Source of the DNA: an uncultured Cytophagales bacterium
GTDB lineage: Bacteria; Bacteroidota; Bacteroidia; Cytophagales; Amoebophilaceae
Length of the DNA stretch: 41,492 bases
Assembly: GCA_945947725.1 (NCBI GenBank)
Contig: CAMEYY010000001.1
Coordinates: 1 to 41,492, forward strand
Direction: 5' to 3'
The position numbers and the translations under genes are program-made. Positions 20,130 to 29,707 of the stretch are shown piece after piece. Under the pieces are notes generated by a model. It was not told where the DNA came from, did no database searches, and saw only the letters and a program-made list of their open reading frames with translations. The stretch's first letter is position 1. Every line of letters begins with the position of its first letter.

Positions 20130-20139
20130 ATTTAAATGT

Positions 20140-21276
20140 ATGAAGTTAGAAATATCATCATCGTCATTGTACAAAAAAATAACGATGCTTGCAGGAGTTA
20201 TCAATGCTAAACCTTTAGTTGCTATATTGGAAGATTTTTTATTCTCTGTCAAAGATAACGTTTTATCTATTACTGCTTCCGATTTACAAACAACGATAAC
20301 GACAAAAATGAAAGTTCAAAACGCTGACGATTTCTCTGTTGCTATACCATCAAGGATTTTATTAGACACATTGAAAAATTTATCAAATCAAAATATTACC
20401 ATAATCTCGGAAGAAAAATGTAACAACATAACTATCAAATCAGATTTTGGTGAATATGTTATCGCTGGCCACAACGCTAATGAATTTCCAACAGTAACCA
20501 TCGATAATAATTTCGAAAACCAATTTACTTTCTCTGGGAAAAAATTAAAACGAGCATTACAAACTTGTTTCCCTATCTCTAGTAACGATGCGCTCAAACC
20601 TGCACTCAACAGTATTTATTTCGATTTTATTGATAATGAATTAATTTGTGTTTCAACAGACATACATAGATTGGTAAAATACGAACTCGTCGACGAAAAT
20701 ATTGCTCAAGCAAAATCTATTATCGTTCCTAAAAAATCTGTTCAACAACTTATCAACCTTATCGATGATGCCGAAGATTTACAAATTACGAATTATAATG
20801 GAAGAGTTTGTTTTTATCTCCATGAAGGAGCAACACAAATCATCGCGTCAACGATAAATGAGAAATTCCCTAGCTACGACACCGTTATCCCTCACAACTA
20901 TGCAAACATAATGACGATTTACCGTTTAGACCTAGTTGCTTCGTTAAAAAGGTTGATGATTTATACCAATGCTGTCTCTCATCAAATTCAATTTTCTATC
21001 GAAGACAACAAACTGACTATTTTAGCAGAGGAAGTTAATTGTGGAAATATGGCTGTTGAAACTATTCCTTGTTCTTATCGTGGTGTTCAACCTATGTCGA
21101 TAATGTTCAACGTTAAAATTTTATTAGATCTTTTGCAAAATATCGACTTCGATGAAATAACTTTTAAATTCTCTGATGTAGATGAAAATGGAAAATCAAA
21201 TAAAGCCGTCGTTATCTCACCAAACTCTGGCGATGAAGAGAAAATTACCTCATTGGTAATGCCTATCTATTCTTAA
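20140..21276 (+). CDS. dnaN: DNA polymerase III beta sliding clamp
   Basis: 378 aa. Typical N-terminus (MKLEISSSSL...VINAKP..ILEDFLF......L.ITASDLQ), three-domain length, C-terminal ..LVMPI. Confidence 0.9.
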   Translation: MKLEISSSSLYKKITMLAGVINAKPLVAILEDFLFSVKDNVLSITASDLQTTITTKMKVQNADDFSVAIPSRILLDTLKNLSNQNITIISEEKCNNITIKSDFGEYVIAGHNANEFPTVTIDNNFENQFTFSGKKLKRALQTCFPISSNDALKPALNSIYFDFIDNELICVSTDIHRLVKYELVDENIAQAKSIIVPKKSVQQLINLIDDAEDLQITNYNGRVCFYLHEGATQIIASTINEKFPSYDTVIPHNYANIMTIYRLDLVASLKRLMIYTNAVSHQIQFSIEDNKLTILAEEVNCGNMAVETIPCSYRGVQPMSIMFNVKILLDLLQNIDFDEITFKFSDVDENGKSNKAVVISPNSGDEEKITSLVMPIYS

Positions 21277-21280
21277 TTTT

Positions 21281-21937
21281 TCAAAAAGAAGAGAGACGTC
21301 CGTCTCGAATAAAAATCTGTCTATCTGATAATTTTGCAAGATTAGCATTGTGCGTGGCGATAACTAAGGTCTGATGAAAATTTTTACTTAAAGACAAAAA
21401 CAGTTCATGTAAGTTTTCTGCATTTTTACTATCTAAATTACCACTCGGTTCATCGGCGAAGATAATATCTGGATTATTAATTAAAGCCCGCGCGACAGCT
21501 ACTCTTTGTTGTTCTCCTCCCGATAATTCTGCAGGAAGATGATCAAATCTTTTTTCTAAACCTAAATCAGTTAAAATTTTTTTCGCATCTTCGACAGCAA
21601 TTTTCATATCTGCATTATGGATCAAACGAGGGAGATAAACATTTTCCAAAGCTGTTAATTCAGGTAATAAATTTTTTTCTTGAAAGACAAACCCAATATG
21701 ACAATTACGAAAATTTGATAGTTTATTGCCGGAAAGTTGTGAGATATCTTGATTGTTTATAAAAATTTTTCCTTGATCAAAACTTTCAAAGGTAGCTAAT
21801 ATCTTCAACAAAGTACTTTTCCCCGCTCCTGATTCTCCCAATAAAGTAACGATTTCGCCTTCATTGATGTCTATGTCTATATTTTTTAGAACTTCCAACT
21901 GTCCAAAGCTTTTGCAAATATTTTTTGCATGCAACAT
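21281..21937 (-). CDS. ABC transporter ATP-binding protein (LolD / FtsE / MacB-ATPase-like)
   Basis: 218 aa. Walker A GESGAGKST, signature LSGGEQQR, Walker B IIFADEP. Confidence 0.85.
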   Translation of the reverse strand: MLHAKNICKSFGQLEVLKNIDIDINEGEIVTLLGESGAGKSTLLKILATFESFDQGKIFINNQDISQLSGNKLSNFRNCHIGFVFQEKNLLPELTALENVYLPRLIHNADMKIAVEDAKKILTDLGLEKRFDHLPAELSGGEQQRVAVARALINNPDIIFADEPSGNLDSKNAENLHELFLSLSKNFHQTLVIATHNANLAKLSDRQIFIRDGRLSSF

Positions 21938-21943
21938 GATAAT

Positions 21944-23572
21944 TTATTTTTGCAAAGCAGCTTTGATGAAATTAAAGAAAAGAGGATGGACGTTGAAAGG
22001 ATGAGATTTTAATTCTGGGTGGAATTGCACTGCGATGAAGAAAGGATGATCTTTTCGTTCCATAATTTCAGGGACTTCACCATTTAACGACATCCCAGAG
22101 AAGACGATACCACAACGTTCAAAGAGGTCTTTATACAGTTTTATGTTCACTTCATAACGATGACGATGTCTTTCAACGATTTTATCTTTTTTATAAACAT
22201 CAAAAGCGAGAGTACCTTGTTGTAACAAACAATCATAATTACCAAGCCGCATTGTTCCCCCCATCTGTCCATCAACATTTCTCTCTTCAACTTTATCACC
22301 AGTACTCCAATTCTTCATGAAGTCTATAACACAAGTTCCATTATCACCGAATTCACGACTTGTTGCATCTTTGACATTACCGATATTACGACAGCTTTCG
22401 ATCACAGCTAATTGCATTCCGAAGCAAATACCGAAAAAAGGAATTTTATTTTCTCTTGCGTACTGGATGACTTTGATTTTATTTTCGGAACCATTAACCC
22501 CAAAACCTCCAGGGACGATTATTCCTTTAACACCTTCCAAACTTTTAACTATATCATCAAAATCATTTTCTGTGTCTATCCAAACAGCATCGACTTTCAC
22601 ACCATTTGCAAAACCGGCATGTCCGATAGCTTGATTCAAAGAAATATATGCATCTTTCATTTTTACATATTTTCCCACTACAGCGATACGAACTTTTTCA
22701 TTTGCAGATTTAATAGCGTTTTCGACAGAGCCCCACTTTTGTTCAATATTTTTTTCAGCTAAAGCATTATCTTTTTCCAAACCGAAGTGTTCACAAATTT
22801 GACTATCGAGACCTGCTTTATGGAACATTTTAGGGATAAAGTAAATATTTTCAGCGTCTAGAGCTTCTATAACATTTTCAAATTTAACATTACAGAACAT
22901 GGAGATTTTTTTTCTTATCTCTTGAGAAATTGGTTGTTCAGATCGACAAAGTAAAATATCTGGTTGAATACCTAAGCTCTGTAAAGTTTTCACAGAATGT
23001 TGTGTAGGTTTTGTTTTTAGTTCACCAGAAGTTTTGATAAAAGGAAGATAAGTGAGGTGCACGAAAATTATTTGAGAAGGATCTAGTTCCAATTTCAGTT
23101 GACGTAAAGCTTCGATATAAGGTAACCCTTCAATATCCCCTATAGTTCCCCCCACTTCACAAATAGTAAAATCGACATCTTCACTTTTATAAGTAATAAC
23201 TTCCTTAATTAAGTCAGTTACATGAGGAACAACTTGCACGTCAGATCCAAGGTAAAAACCATGTCTTTCACGAGATAAAACGGTACTATAAATTTTTCCT
23301 GTTGTTATGCTATCTTTTTCCGTAGATTCCACTTCAGTAAATCTTTCATAATGACCAAAATCGAGATCAGCTTCTCCTCCATCACTCATAACAAAGACTT
23401 CTCCATGACGATAAGGATTCATCGTTCCACAGTCGACATTAAGGTAAGGATCTAATTTTTTAAATTTAATAGAAAAGCCTCTACTTTGAAGTAAAGTTCC
23501 AATGGAAGCAGAAGCGATTCCTTTCCCAACGGAAGACATCACACCTCCAGTAACAAAAATAAATTTCCCCAT
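21944..23572 (-). CDS. pyrG: CTP synthase
   Basis: 542 aa. N-terminus KFIFVTGGVMSSVGKG, glutaminase GICFGMQ with catalytic Cys, and C-terminal QFHPE. Confidence 0.95.
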   Translation of the reverse strand: MGKFIFVTGGVMSSVGKGIASASIGTLLQSRGFSIKFKKLDPYLNVDCGTMNPYRHGEVFVMSDGGEADLDFGHYERFTEVESTEKDSITTGKIYSTVLSRERHGFYLGSDVQVVPHVTDLIKEVITYKSEDVDFTICEVGGTIGDIEGLPYIEALRQLKLELDPSQIIFVHLTYLPFIKTSGELKTKPTQHSVKTLQSLGIQPDILLCRSEQPISQEIRKKISMFCNVKFENVIEALDAENIYFIPKMFHKAGLDSQICEHFGLEKDNALAEKNIEQKWGSVENAIKSANEKVRIAVVGKYVKMKDAYISLNQAIGHAGFANGVKVDAVWIDTENDFDDIVKSLEGVKGIIVPGGFGVNGSENKIKVIQYARENKIPFFGICFGMQLAVIESCRNIGNVKDATSREFGDNGTCVIDFMKNWSTGDKVEERNVDGQMGGTMRLGNYDCLLQQGTLAFDVYKKDKIVERHRHRYEVNIKLYKDLFERCGIVFSGMSLNGEVPEIMERKDHPFFIAVQFHPELKSHPFNVHPLFFNFIKAALQK

Positions 23573-23612
23573 GTATTAACATAAAAAGACAGCTTTTTAT
23601 TTTTAGACCTTA

Positions 23613-24878
23613 TCAACCAAAAAATTGATAGAATAAGAAAAACGCAATTTGTAATAACAACAAAGAAACTTCTTGAAAAAAGGTCGCATATCCCCCTCCT
23701 AAAATTCCATATGCATTAACGAAGTACACGTGGAAAATAACAGACAAAAATATACATGCAATTATCATCACAACAAAAGCCACACTTTTTCGCATTGGAA
23801 TCAATATATTAGTACCTAAAAATTCATTTAACGCACCAACAACGAAGACAATAGTAAAAACTCGCAAAAGACTAACGTTAAGAGCAAGGTTTTCTGTTAT
23901 AAATAAATTCAATATGTAAGGAGCAAGGATATAATTGAGTAAGGAAAAAATTATTATCATCGGACAAATAACAACAAAAAGGTATTTAAATAAAAAACCT
24001 TGTGCATTATCTCTAGAACTAAACTTAGTACTGACAATAGGATAGAGAGCTTGTAGCGCTACGTTATAAATTTCTTTTACAGCTCCAAAAATCTGATTAC
24101 ATAAAGAAAAAATTCCTATAAGAACGGCATCGTGCACGACAAAACCTAAAAACACGATTGAAAACTTTGTACTGAACAAAAGATAACATTTATAAACAAA
24201 AAAGCTAAAACCATTCCTAAACTGTTCAACAACATCTAAAACATTCGGCACCGTAATTCTAATTTTGAAATAAAAAAACAAAATAAGATACGATATTATC
24301 AAACGAACACAGTCGACAGCAACATGAATAAAAATGAAAGTCAATTTATCGTCAGGTGTTTTTACAAAAAAAGGAATAAGAGCACAAATTGTTATTTTAC
24401 TCAACAAAGAAAGCAAAGAGACGATCCAAATCTGATTTATACCATGGAATATATATATAGGAAAGAGAGCAGAGAAAATTGATATTCCAAAAAAATACAA
24501 TAACTCCATTTTAACCTCTGCAATAGCCGGGAAATGTTTAACAAGACCTAGATATAAACAAAAACAAAGTAGTATCGTTATGACCTGAGATGAAAGAATA
24601 TTGGTAAAGATATAATTTAATTTTATCTTATGCTTTTGAGAATAAGCCTGAACAATTTGTTGAGCTCCTGTATAATCGAAACCATAGGCTATCAATGTTG
24701 TAAAATAAAAAGCTATAGCTCGAGCAAATCCTAAACGTCCAAACTCAAACATCCCCAAAGTACTAATAGTATAACCCGTGATAAATAAAGGCAATAATTT
24801 CGAAATTCCTTTTACAAAAGCTAAATTGACAAAATTCTTAATGAATAAATATTTATCTTCTGAACTAAAAAACTGCAT
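23613..24878 (-). CDS. MOP-superfamily polysaccharide/oligosaccharide flippase (Wzx-like)
   Basis: 421 aa with roughly 12 predicted TM helices. Composition and length are typical of polysaccharide biosynthesis flippases. Confidence 0.6.
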   Translation of the reverse strand: MQFFSSEDKYLFIKNFVNLAFVKGISKLLPLFITGYTISTLGMFEFGRLGFARAIAFYFTTLIAYGFDYTGAQQIVQAYSQKHKIKLNYIFTNILSSQVITILLCFCLYLGLVKHFPAIAEVKMELLYFFGISIFSALFPIYIFHGINQIWIVSLLSLLSKITICALIPFFVKTPDDKLTFIFIHVAVDCVRLIISYLILFFYFKIRITVPNVLDVVEQFRNGFSFFVYKCYLLFSTKFSIVFLGFVVHDAVLIGIFSLCNQIFGAVKEIYNVALQALYPIVSTKFSSRDNAQGFLFKYLFVVICPMIIIFSLLNYILAPYILNLFITENLALNVSLLRVFTIVFVVGALNEFLGTNILIPMRKSVAFVVMIIACIFLSVIFHVYFVNAYGILGGGYATFFQEVSLLLLQIAFFLFYQFFG

Positions 24879-24889
24879 ACCAAATTCTC

Positions 24890-25582
24890 TTAATTTTCGG
24901 CTATTTTATCTTCATCCACACTCTTTTGACCCTCCTTGTCTTCTGACATTACTTCTTCTGTATTTTTCTTTTTAAAAAATTTTTTAAAAAAAGGTAAAAC
25001 GTAGCTGACAATACACAAAACGAAGATGAAATACGTTCCTATCCCAAAATTTTTAAACATAAACGAGGCGATGACATCAGATAAAAACCCCGAGAAGTTA
25101 CCACTAAAAAGATTTCCAAGATGAAAAATTCCAATACTACTATTAACAAAAAAAACAAGGAAAAGTGATCGATAAATAATTTTCCAAATATCCCATCGTG
25201 CAACAAATTTTAAACGAGCTAACTTTGCACCTACGACAAAAAGTAAAAACAAAATTATCAACGAAGAGATAAAACCAAAATATTTGTAGATAAAAATATA
25301 AGATAATGTAGCACCAAATAAACCTCCTAAATTTTTTATTTTATCAACGGAATCAAAAGAAAAATTTTTCAAATGAGATTCAACAATAATCTGGTCGTTG
25401 TTATAAACAAAAAGGTATGAGATAAAGGAGATGATAAAAAAAACAATAAAAAACAGAGACAAGAGACCTATCAACTTAGAGATCATCCGAGATAAAATTT
25501 TTTCATTTTCATCATGAAAACGATTTCGCCTTACGGAACGGGCATTATTTCGTTTTTCCCTGAATTTATTTTCGTGAGCCAT
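24890..25582 (-). CDS. Membrane protein resembling the FtsK N-terminal 4TM domain only
   Basis: 230 aa. Basic N-terminus, then four hydrophobic helices in the pattern I associate with Bacteroidota FtsK N-termini (..ISFISYLF....LGGLFGATLSYIFIYKYFGFIS..). No Walker motifs or translocase domain. Confidence 0.45.
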   Translation of the reverse strand: MAHENKFREKRNNARSVRRNRFHDENEKILSRMISKLIGLLSLFFIVFFIISFISYLFVYNNDQIIVESHLKNFSFDSVDKIKNLGGLFGATLSYIFIYKYFGFISSLIILFLLFVVGAKLARLKFVARWDIWKIIYRSLFLVFFVNSSIGIFHLGNLFSGNFSGFLSDVIASFMFKNFGIGTYFIFVLCIVSYVLPFFKKFFKKKNTEEVMSEDKEGQKSVDEDKIAEN

Positions 25583-26638
25583 CTATTTCAATTTATTATC
25601 GTGATTTTTCAATAAATGTTTTACAGTTTGAGAATTTTTGGTAGGATCGAAATTCGGAGAAAGCAAATTAGTGTAAGCTGCTAATAATTTTTCACTCATT
25701 GGAAATTCTTGTAACATGTGCGTCAAAAGGTTTTTTATATTCGATATTTCTGTTTTAGATTCAAGAAGCATCTTATACAAAAATTCCAATTCAACAAGGT
25801 AGTTATTTTTTTTCTCCTGTTCTTCATTACAACAAACTTTCACGAGCTGTTGATTAGGTAAATATTTTTCTATCGTTTTTTTATCTATAACATCACTTTT
25901 TTCTAGAGCAGAGATTTGGAAAATGATATTTTTAAGTTGTCTGACATTACCAGGGAAAGAATAATTTTTTAATACTTCCGCTGCTTCACTGTCGAAGGAA
26001 ATAGGTTTTCTGTTATAACCGATAGCATAGTCGTTAGAAAATTTTTTTGCTAAAAGTAAAATGTCATCATGTCTTTCTCGCAAAGGAGGAATTATTATTG
26101 GGATGGTGTTGATTCTATAATAGAGATCTTCACGAAATTTTCCTTTTTGTATCGCCTGAAGCAAGTTGACATTTGTCGCAGCAACGATTCTAACATTAAC
26201 CTTTTGCACTTTCGACGATCCTACTTTGATAATTTCGTTATTTTCTAAAACACGTAATAATTTCGTCTGAGTGTTTAAAGGCATTTCACCTATCTCATCC
26301 AAAAAAATAGTTCCATTATTAGCTTCTTCGAAATATCCTTTTCGTGCAGCGACAGCTCCAGTGAATGCTCCTTTTTCATTACCAAAAAGTTCTGCATCGA
26401 TAGTTCCTTCTGGAATAGCACCACAGTTGATACTAATAAAATTTCCATGTTTACATTTACTCAGAGTGTGAACGATCTTAGCTATAGATTCTTTTCCTGA
26501 ACCATTTTCTCCTGTTATCAAAACAGAAAGCATCGTTGGAGCTACGACGGTAGCAATTTCTATAGCTTTGTTTAGAGATTCTGAGTTACCAATGATTCCG
26601 AATTGAGTTTTTATTTTTTGTAGATCATTGACAGCCAT
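25583..26638 (-). CDS. Sigma-54 interaction (bacterial enhancer-binding) AAA+ protein, core domain only
   Basis: 351 aa. Walker [15 protein letters not shown] loop (EKGAFTGA), Walker [19 protein letters not shown]. No receiver domain and no recognisable Fis-type HTH. TAG stop abuts the next gene's start. Confidence 0.85.
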   Translation of the reverse strand: MAVNDLQKIKTQFGIIGNSESLNKAIEIATVVAPTMLSVLITGENGSGKESIAKIVHTLSKCKHGNFISINCGAIPEGTIDAELFGNEKGAFTGAVAARKGYFEEANNGTIFLDEIGEMPLNTQTKLLRVLENNEIIKVGSSKVQKVNVRIVAATNVNLLQAIQKGKFREDLYYRINTIPIIIPPLRERHDDILLLAKKFSNDYAIGYNRKPISFDSEAAEVLKNYSFPGNVRQLKNIIFQISALEKSDVIDKKTIEKYLPNQQLVKVCCNEEQEKKNNYLVELEFLYKMLLESKTEISNIKNLLTHMLQEFPMSEKLLAAYTNLLSPNFDPTKNSQTVKHLLKNHDNKLK

Positions 26639-26647
26639 AAGAAAATT

Positions 26648-27718
26648 TTAATTTAAAATGCTATAATTACCAGCAGGATTCCATAAACAACATTGGGAGT
26701 AATTTTGATCTGTTGTAGCGTCGATTTGTTTTTGAATATCAGCATTATTATACCTTTTCCAATTTTTATCTTTAAGCCATGGAGCAGAAAAACATTGTAA
26801 CCAAGGTCTAACTTTATTTTTATCAACGGAACTTTTATCTGAGGCGAGCAGAGATTCTTTTATTATTTCATAAGGATGTAAATCGGGAGCGCTAAAAAAT
26901 ATCTTTTTCGTTTTTCCATTTTGTAAAACAACATCACGCATAGGAGAAAATTTTAAAGGAAAATGAGAAGGATAAACCATAGGACAGATATAATCCACTA
27001 TTTCCGTTATTTTTTCATAATCTTGTCCTAATACAGCAGCATTGTCTTCCCACCCAGAAAATAAATATGGAATAATACAACCGAAGACATCAGCTGATAT
27101 TTTCCCACCATGTTTATGAACTTTTTTCGTAGCCTTTGTTAAAAAATCGTTTATTATCTCAACTTTACTTTTGATGATAAAATTTTCTGCGATGTCTGTC
27201 TCGTTCAAACTTTTGTAAGCGCTGAAACGGATATAATCATATTGCACTTCATCGAAACCTGCCTTGATAGCTTTTTTAGCCAATTTGATTAAATATTTTT
27301 GAACTTCTCTATTGTAAGGATTCAACCATGACATTTTTTCTTTGTCCACATAAAGAGAACCATCTGGATTACATATCGCCCAACTTTGATTTTGTTTAAC
27401 TTGAATCTTGTCTTTAAAAGCAACGATACGAGCTATGGTATAAAAATTCTTTTTTTTTAATGTTTTTACGAACTTAGAAATCTTTTCTCCGTCTTTATCA
27501 AGATCTAACAAAAGCCTACCTTCATCATTTTTTACATCAACAACGATAGCATTGATACCTTTTTTTGCAAGAGGAATAATTTTTTCAGCATTCGAACAAT
27601 TTCCGACATATGCACCTACCAATTCACATTTAGAAACGTTTAACGCGAAAGAAAATGTGTGAGGGAAGTAACAAAAAGCAGAATAAAAAAAAAACTTTAA
27701 AGCTAGAGAATGTTTCAT
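26648..27718 (-). CDS. Secreted TIM-barrel-like putative glycoside hydrolase (DUF4015-like)
   Basis: 356 aa with a signal peptide. Motifs are GINAIVVDVKNDEGRL and GFDEVQYDYIRF, as I recall for the DUF4015 family. Confidence 0.5.
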   Translation of the reverse strand: MKHSLALKFFFYSAFCYFPHTFSFALNVSKCELVGAYVGNCSNAEKIIPLAKKGINAIVVDVKNDEGRLLLDLDKDGEKISKFVKTLKKKNFYTIARIVAFKDKIQVKQNQSWAICNPDGSLYVDKEKMSWLNPYNREVQKYLIKLAKKAIKAGFDEVQYDYIRFSAYKSLNETDIAENFIIKSKVEIINDFLTKATKKVHKHGGKISADVFGCIIPYLFSGWEDNAAVLGQDYEKITEIVDYICPMVYPSHFPLKFSPMRDVVLQNGKTKKIFFSAPDLHPYEIIKESLLASDKSSVDKNKVRPWLQCFSAPWLKDKNWKRYNNADIQKQIDATTDQNYSQCCLWNPAGNYSILN

Positions 27719-27765
27719 AATTAATTTTATGAAAATTTAGCTTAATGATACAGAGAAAAATATTT

Positions 27766-29631
27766 TTACATCTTACGAATGTAAGCCATCAATATCGTTA
27801 AATCAGAAACAGAAACTCCTAAAATCTGTGATGCACTTCCTAAAGTCCTAGGTCTTATCATTTTTAACCTTTGTCTTCCTTCGTTAGATAAATTTTTAAT
27901 ACTATCATAATCGAAATCATCTGCTATCCTTATCTCATTCAACTTTTGGAATCTTTCTAGAAGCTCTTTTTCTTTTTCTATATATGCAGCATATTTGATC
28001 TCGACTTCAACAGACTCAACAACTTCCTTATCAAAATTACCAATGATCTTTGCCATTTTTTCATTTTTAGAAAAATCATGCAAAGTCACATGTGGTCTTT
28101 GTATTAACGCAGCTACAGTCTCCATTTTTGTTTCATTAGTATTCAAACATTGAGAAATTTCTCCTGGATTTAATTTTATATTGAGAGAATTTTTTAACTG
28201 TTCGATATTTTTTTCCTTTTCAAGGAATTGATCATAACGTTCTTGAGATAACAAACCAATTTCATATCCCATTTGAGAGAGACGACAATCAGCGTTATCG
28301 TTACGTAAGGAGATTCTAAACTCAGCACGAGAAGTAAACATTCGATAAGGTTCTTCTACATCATTTTCTTTTGTTACAAGATCATCTACTAAAACACCTA
28401 TATAAGAATTAGTCCTTGTGACGTTAAGAGGTTCTTTATCATTTATTTTCAAATGAGCATTTACACCAGCGACAAGACCTTGACATGCAGCCTCTTCATA
28501 TCCTGTTGTTCCATTTACCTGACCAGCAAAATAAAGGTTTTTTATAATTTTTGTTTCTAGTGTATTGAAAAGTTGAGTTGAAGGGAAATAATCATATTCG
28601 ATAGCATAAGCAGGAGTTATCATTTTCATATTTTCAAAACCAGGTACTTCTTTCAAAGCTTTATATTGAACATCTTCAGGGAGTGAGCTAGAAAAACCAT
28701 TTATATATACTTCTGTTGTCCAACGTCCTTCAGGTTCAACGAAAATAGGATGACGATCACGAGACGAGAAACGAACAATTTTATCTTCGATGCTTGGACA
28801 ATAACGAGGCCCTTTTCCTTTTATTATTGCGTTAAAAAGAGGAGACTGAGAGAAACCAGAACGTAAGATATCATGAACTTTAGCATTTGTGTAAGTCATG
28901 AAACAACTCATTTGATTTTCTGTTGTCAAAGGACTATGTATTTTTTTATCGAAAGAAAAATGTTCAGGATTTTCATCACCTTTCTGTTCTATCATCGCCT
29001 CATAATTTAAAGATCTTCCGTCGACTCTTGGAGGAGTACCTGTTTTCATTTTTCCAGATTTAAAACCGAGAGAAATAAGGTTTTCTGTTAAACCTAAAGC
29101 AGGAAATTCACCTATACGTCCAGCGTTGAAATTTTTATTCCCAATGAATATTTTTCCGTTTAAGAAAGTTCCCGCTGTGATGACAACACTTTTTGATAAG
29201 ATAGAAATTTGCATTTGTGTTTTGACACCGATGACGGTATTATTTTGGACTAAAATTTCGGTTACGGTATCTTGCCAAAAGTCTACATTAGGAATATTTT
29301 CAAGAGTTTGTCTCCATGTTTTTGAGAATAAATTTCTATCACATTGTGCACGTGGGCTCCACATAGCAGGTCCTTTGGAGGTGTTAAGCATGCGGAATTG
29401 AATTGAAGAGATATCTGTTACTATTCCAGAGAAACCACCTAAAGCATCTATCTCTCTTATGATTTGTCCTTTCGCTATTCCCCCGATAGAAGGGTTGCAA
29501 GACATTTGTCCTAAAGTTTTTAAATTAGAGGATATAAGTAAAACTTTTGATCCTAACGTTGCAGCACAGGCAGCAGCTTCACATCCAGCATGCCCTCCTC
29601 CAACGACGATAACATCGTACCTATCAAACAT
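27766..29631 (-). CDS. mnmG: tRNA uridine 5-carboxymethylaminomethyl modification enzyme MnmG (GidA)
   Basis: 621 aa. FAD-binding N-terminus YDVIVVGGGHAGCEAA and GPRYCPSIEDK. Confidence 0.95.
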   Translation of the reverse strand: MFDRYDVIVVGGGHAGCEAAACAATLGSKVLLISSNLKTLGQMSCNPSIGGIAKGQIIREIDALGGFSGIVTDISSIQFRMLNTSKGPAMWSPRAQCDRNLFSKTWRQTLENIPNVDFWQDTVTEILVQNNTVIGVKTQMQISILSKSVVITAGTFLNGKIFIGNKNFNAGRIGEFPALGLTENLISLGFKSGKMKTGTPPRVDGRSLNYEAMIEQKGDENPEHFSFDKKIHSPLTTENQMSCFMTYTNAKVHDILRSGFSQSPLFNAIIKGKGPRYCPSIEDKIVRFSSRDRHPIFVEPEGRWTTEVYINGFSSSLPEDVQYKALKEVPGFENMKMITPAYAIEYDYFPSTQLFNTLETKIIKNLYFAGQVNGTTGYEEAACQGLVAGVNAHLKINDKEPLNVTRTNSYIGVLVDDLVTKENDVEEPYRMFTSRAEFRISLRNDNADCRLSQMGYEIGLLSQERYDQFLEKEKNIEQLKNSLNIKLNPGEISQCLNTNETKMETVAALIQRPHVTLHDFSKNEKMAKIIGNFDKEVVESVEVEIKYAAYIEKEKELLERFQKLNEIRIADDFDYDSIKNLSNEGRQRLKMIRPRTLGSASQILGVSVSDLTILMAYIRKM

Positions 29632-29707
29632 TTTTTTTTAATGATTACCTTTCAATATAAACGATGAAATATGAAATTTGAAAGATTCTCCTTTTTAACA
29701 ATGTCCT

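Noticed and set aside
8791-20252. Long N-terminal extensions offered by the ORF track for 8791 (GTG), 11300, 18206, 19401..20252, 31267 and 39808
   Set aside because: Each extension overlaps the neighbouring gene or precedes an obvious signal peptide or conserved N-terminus. Internal ATG starts (8827, 11429, 18314, 20129, 31279, 39772) give standard N-termini and compact spacing.
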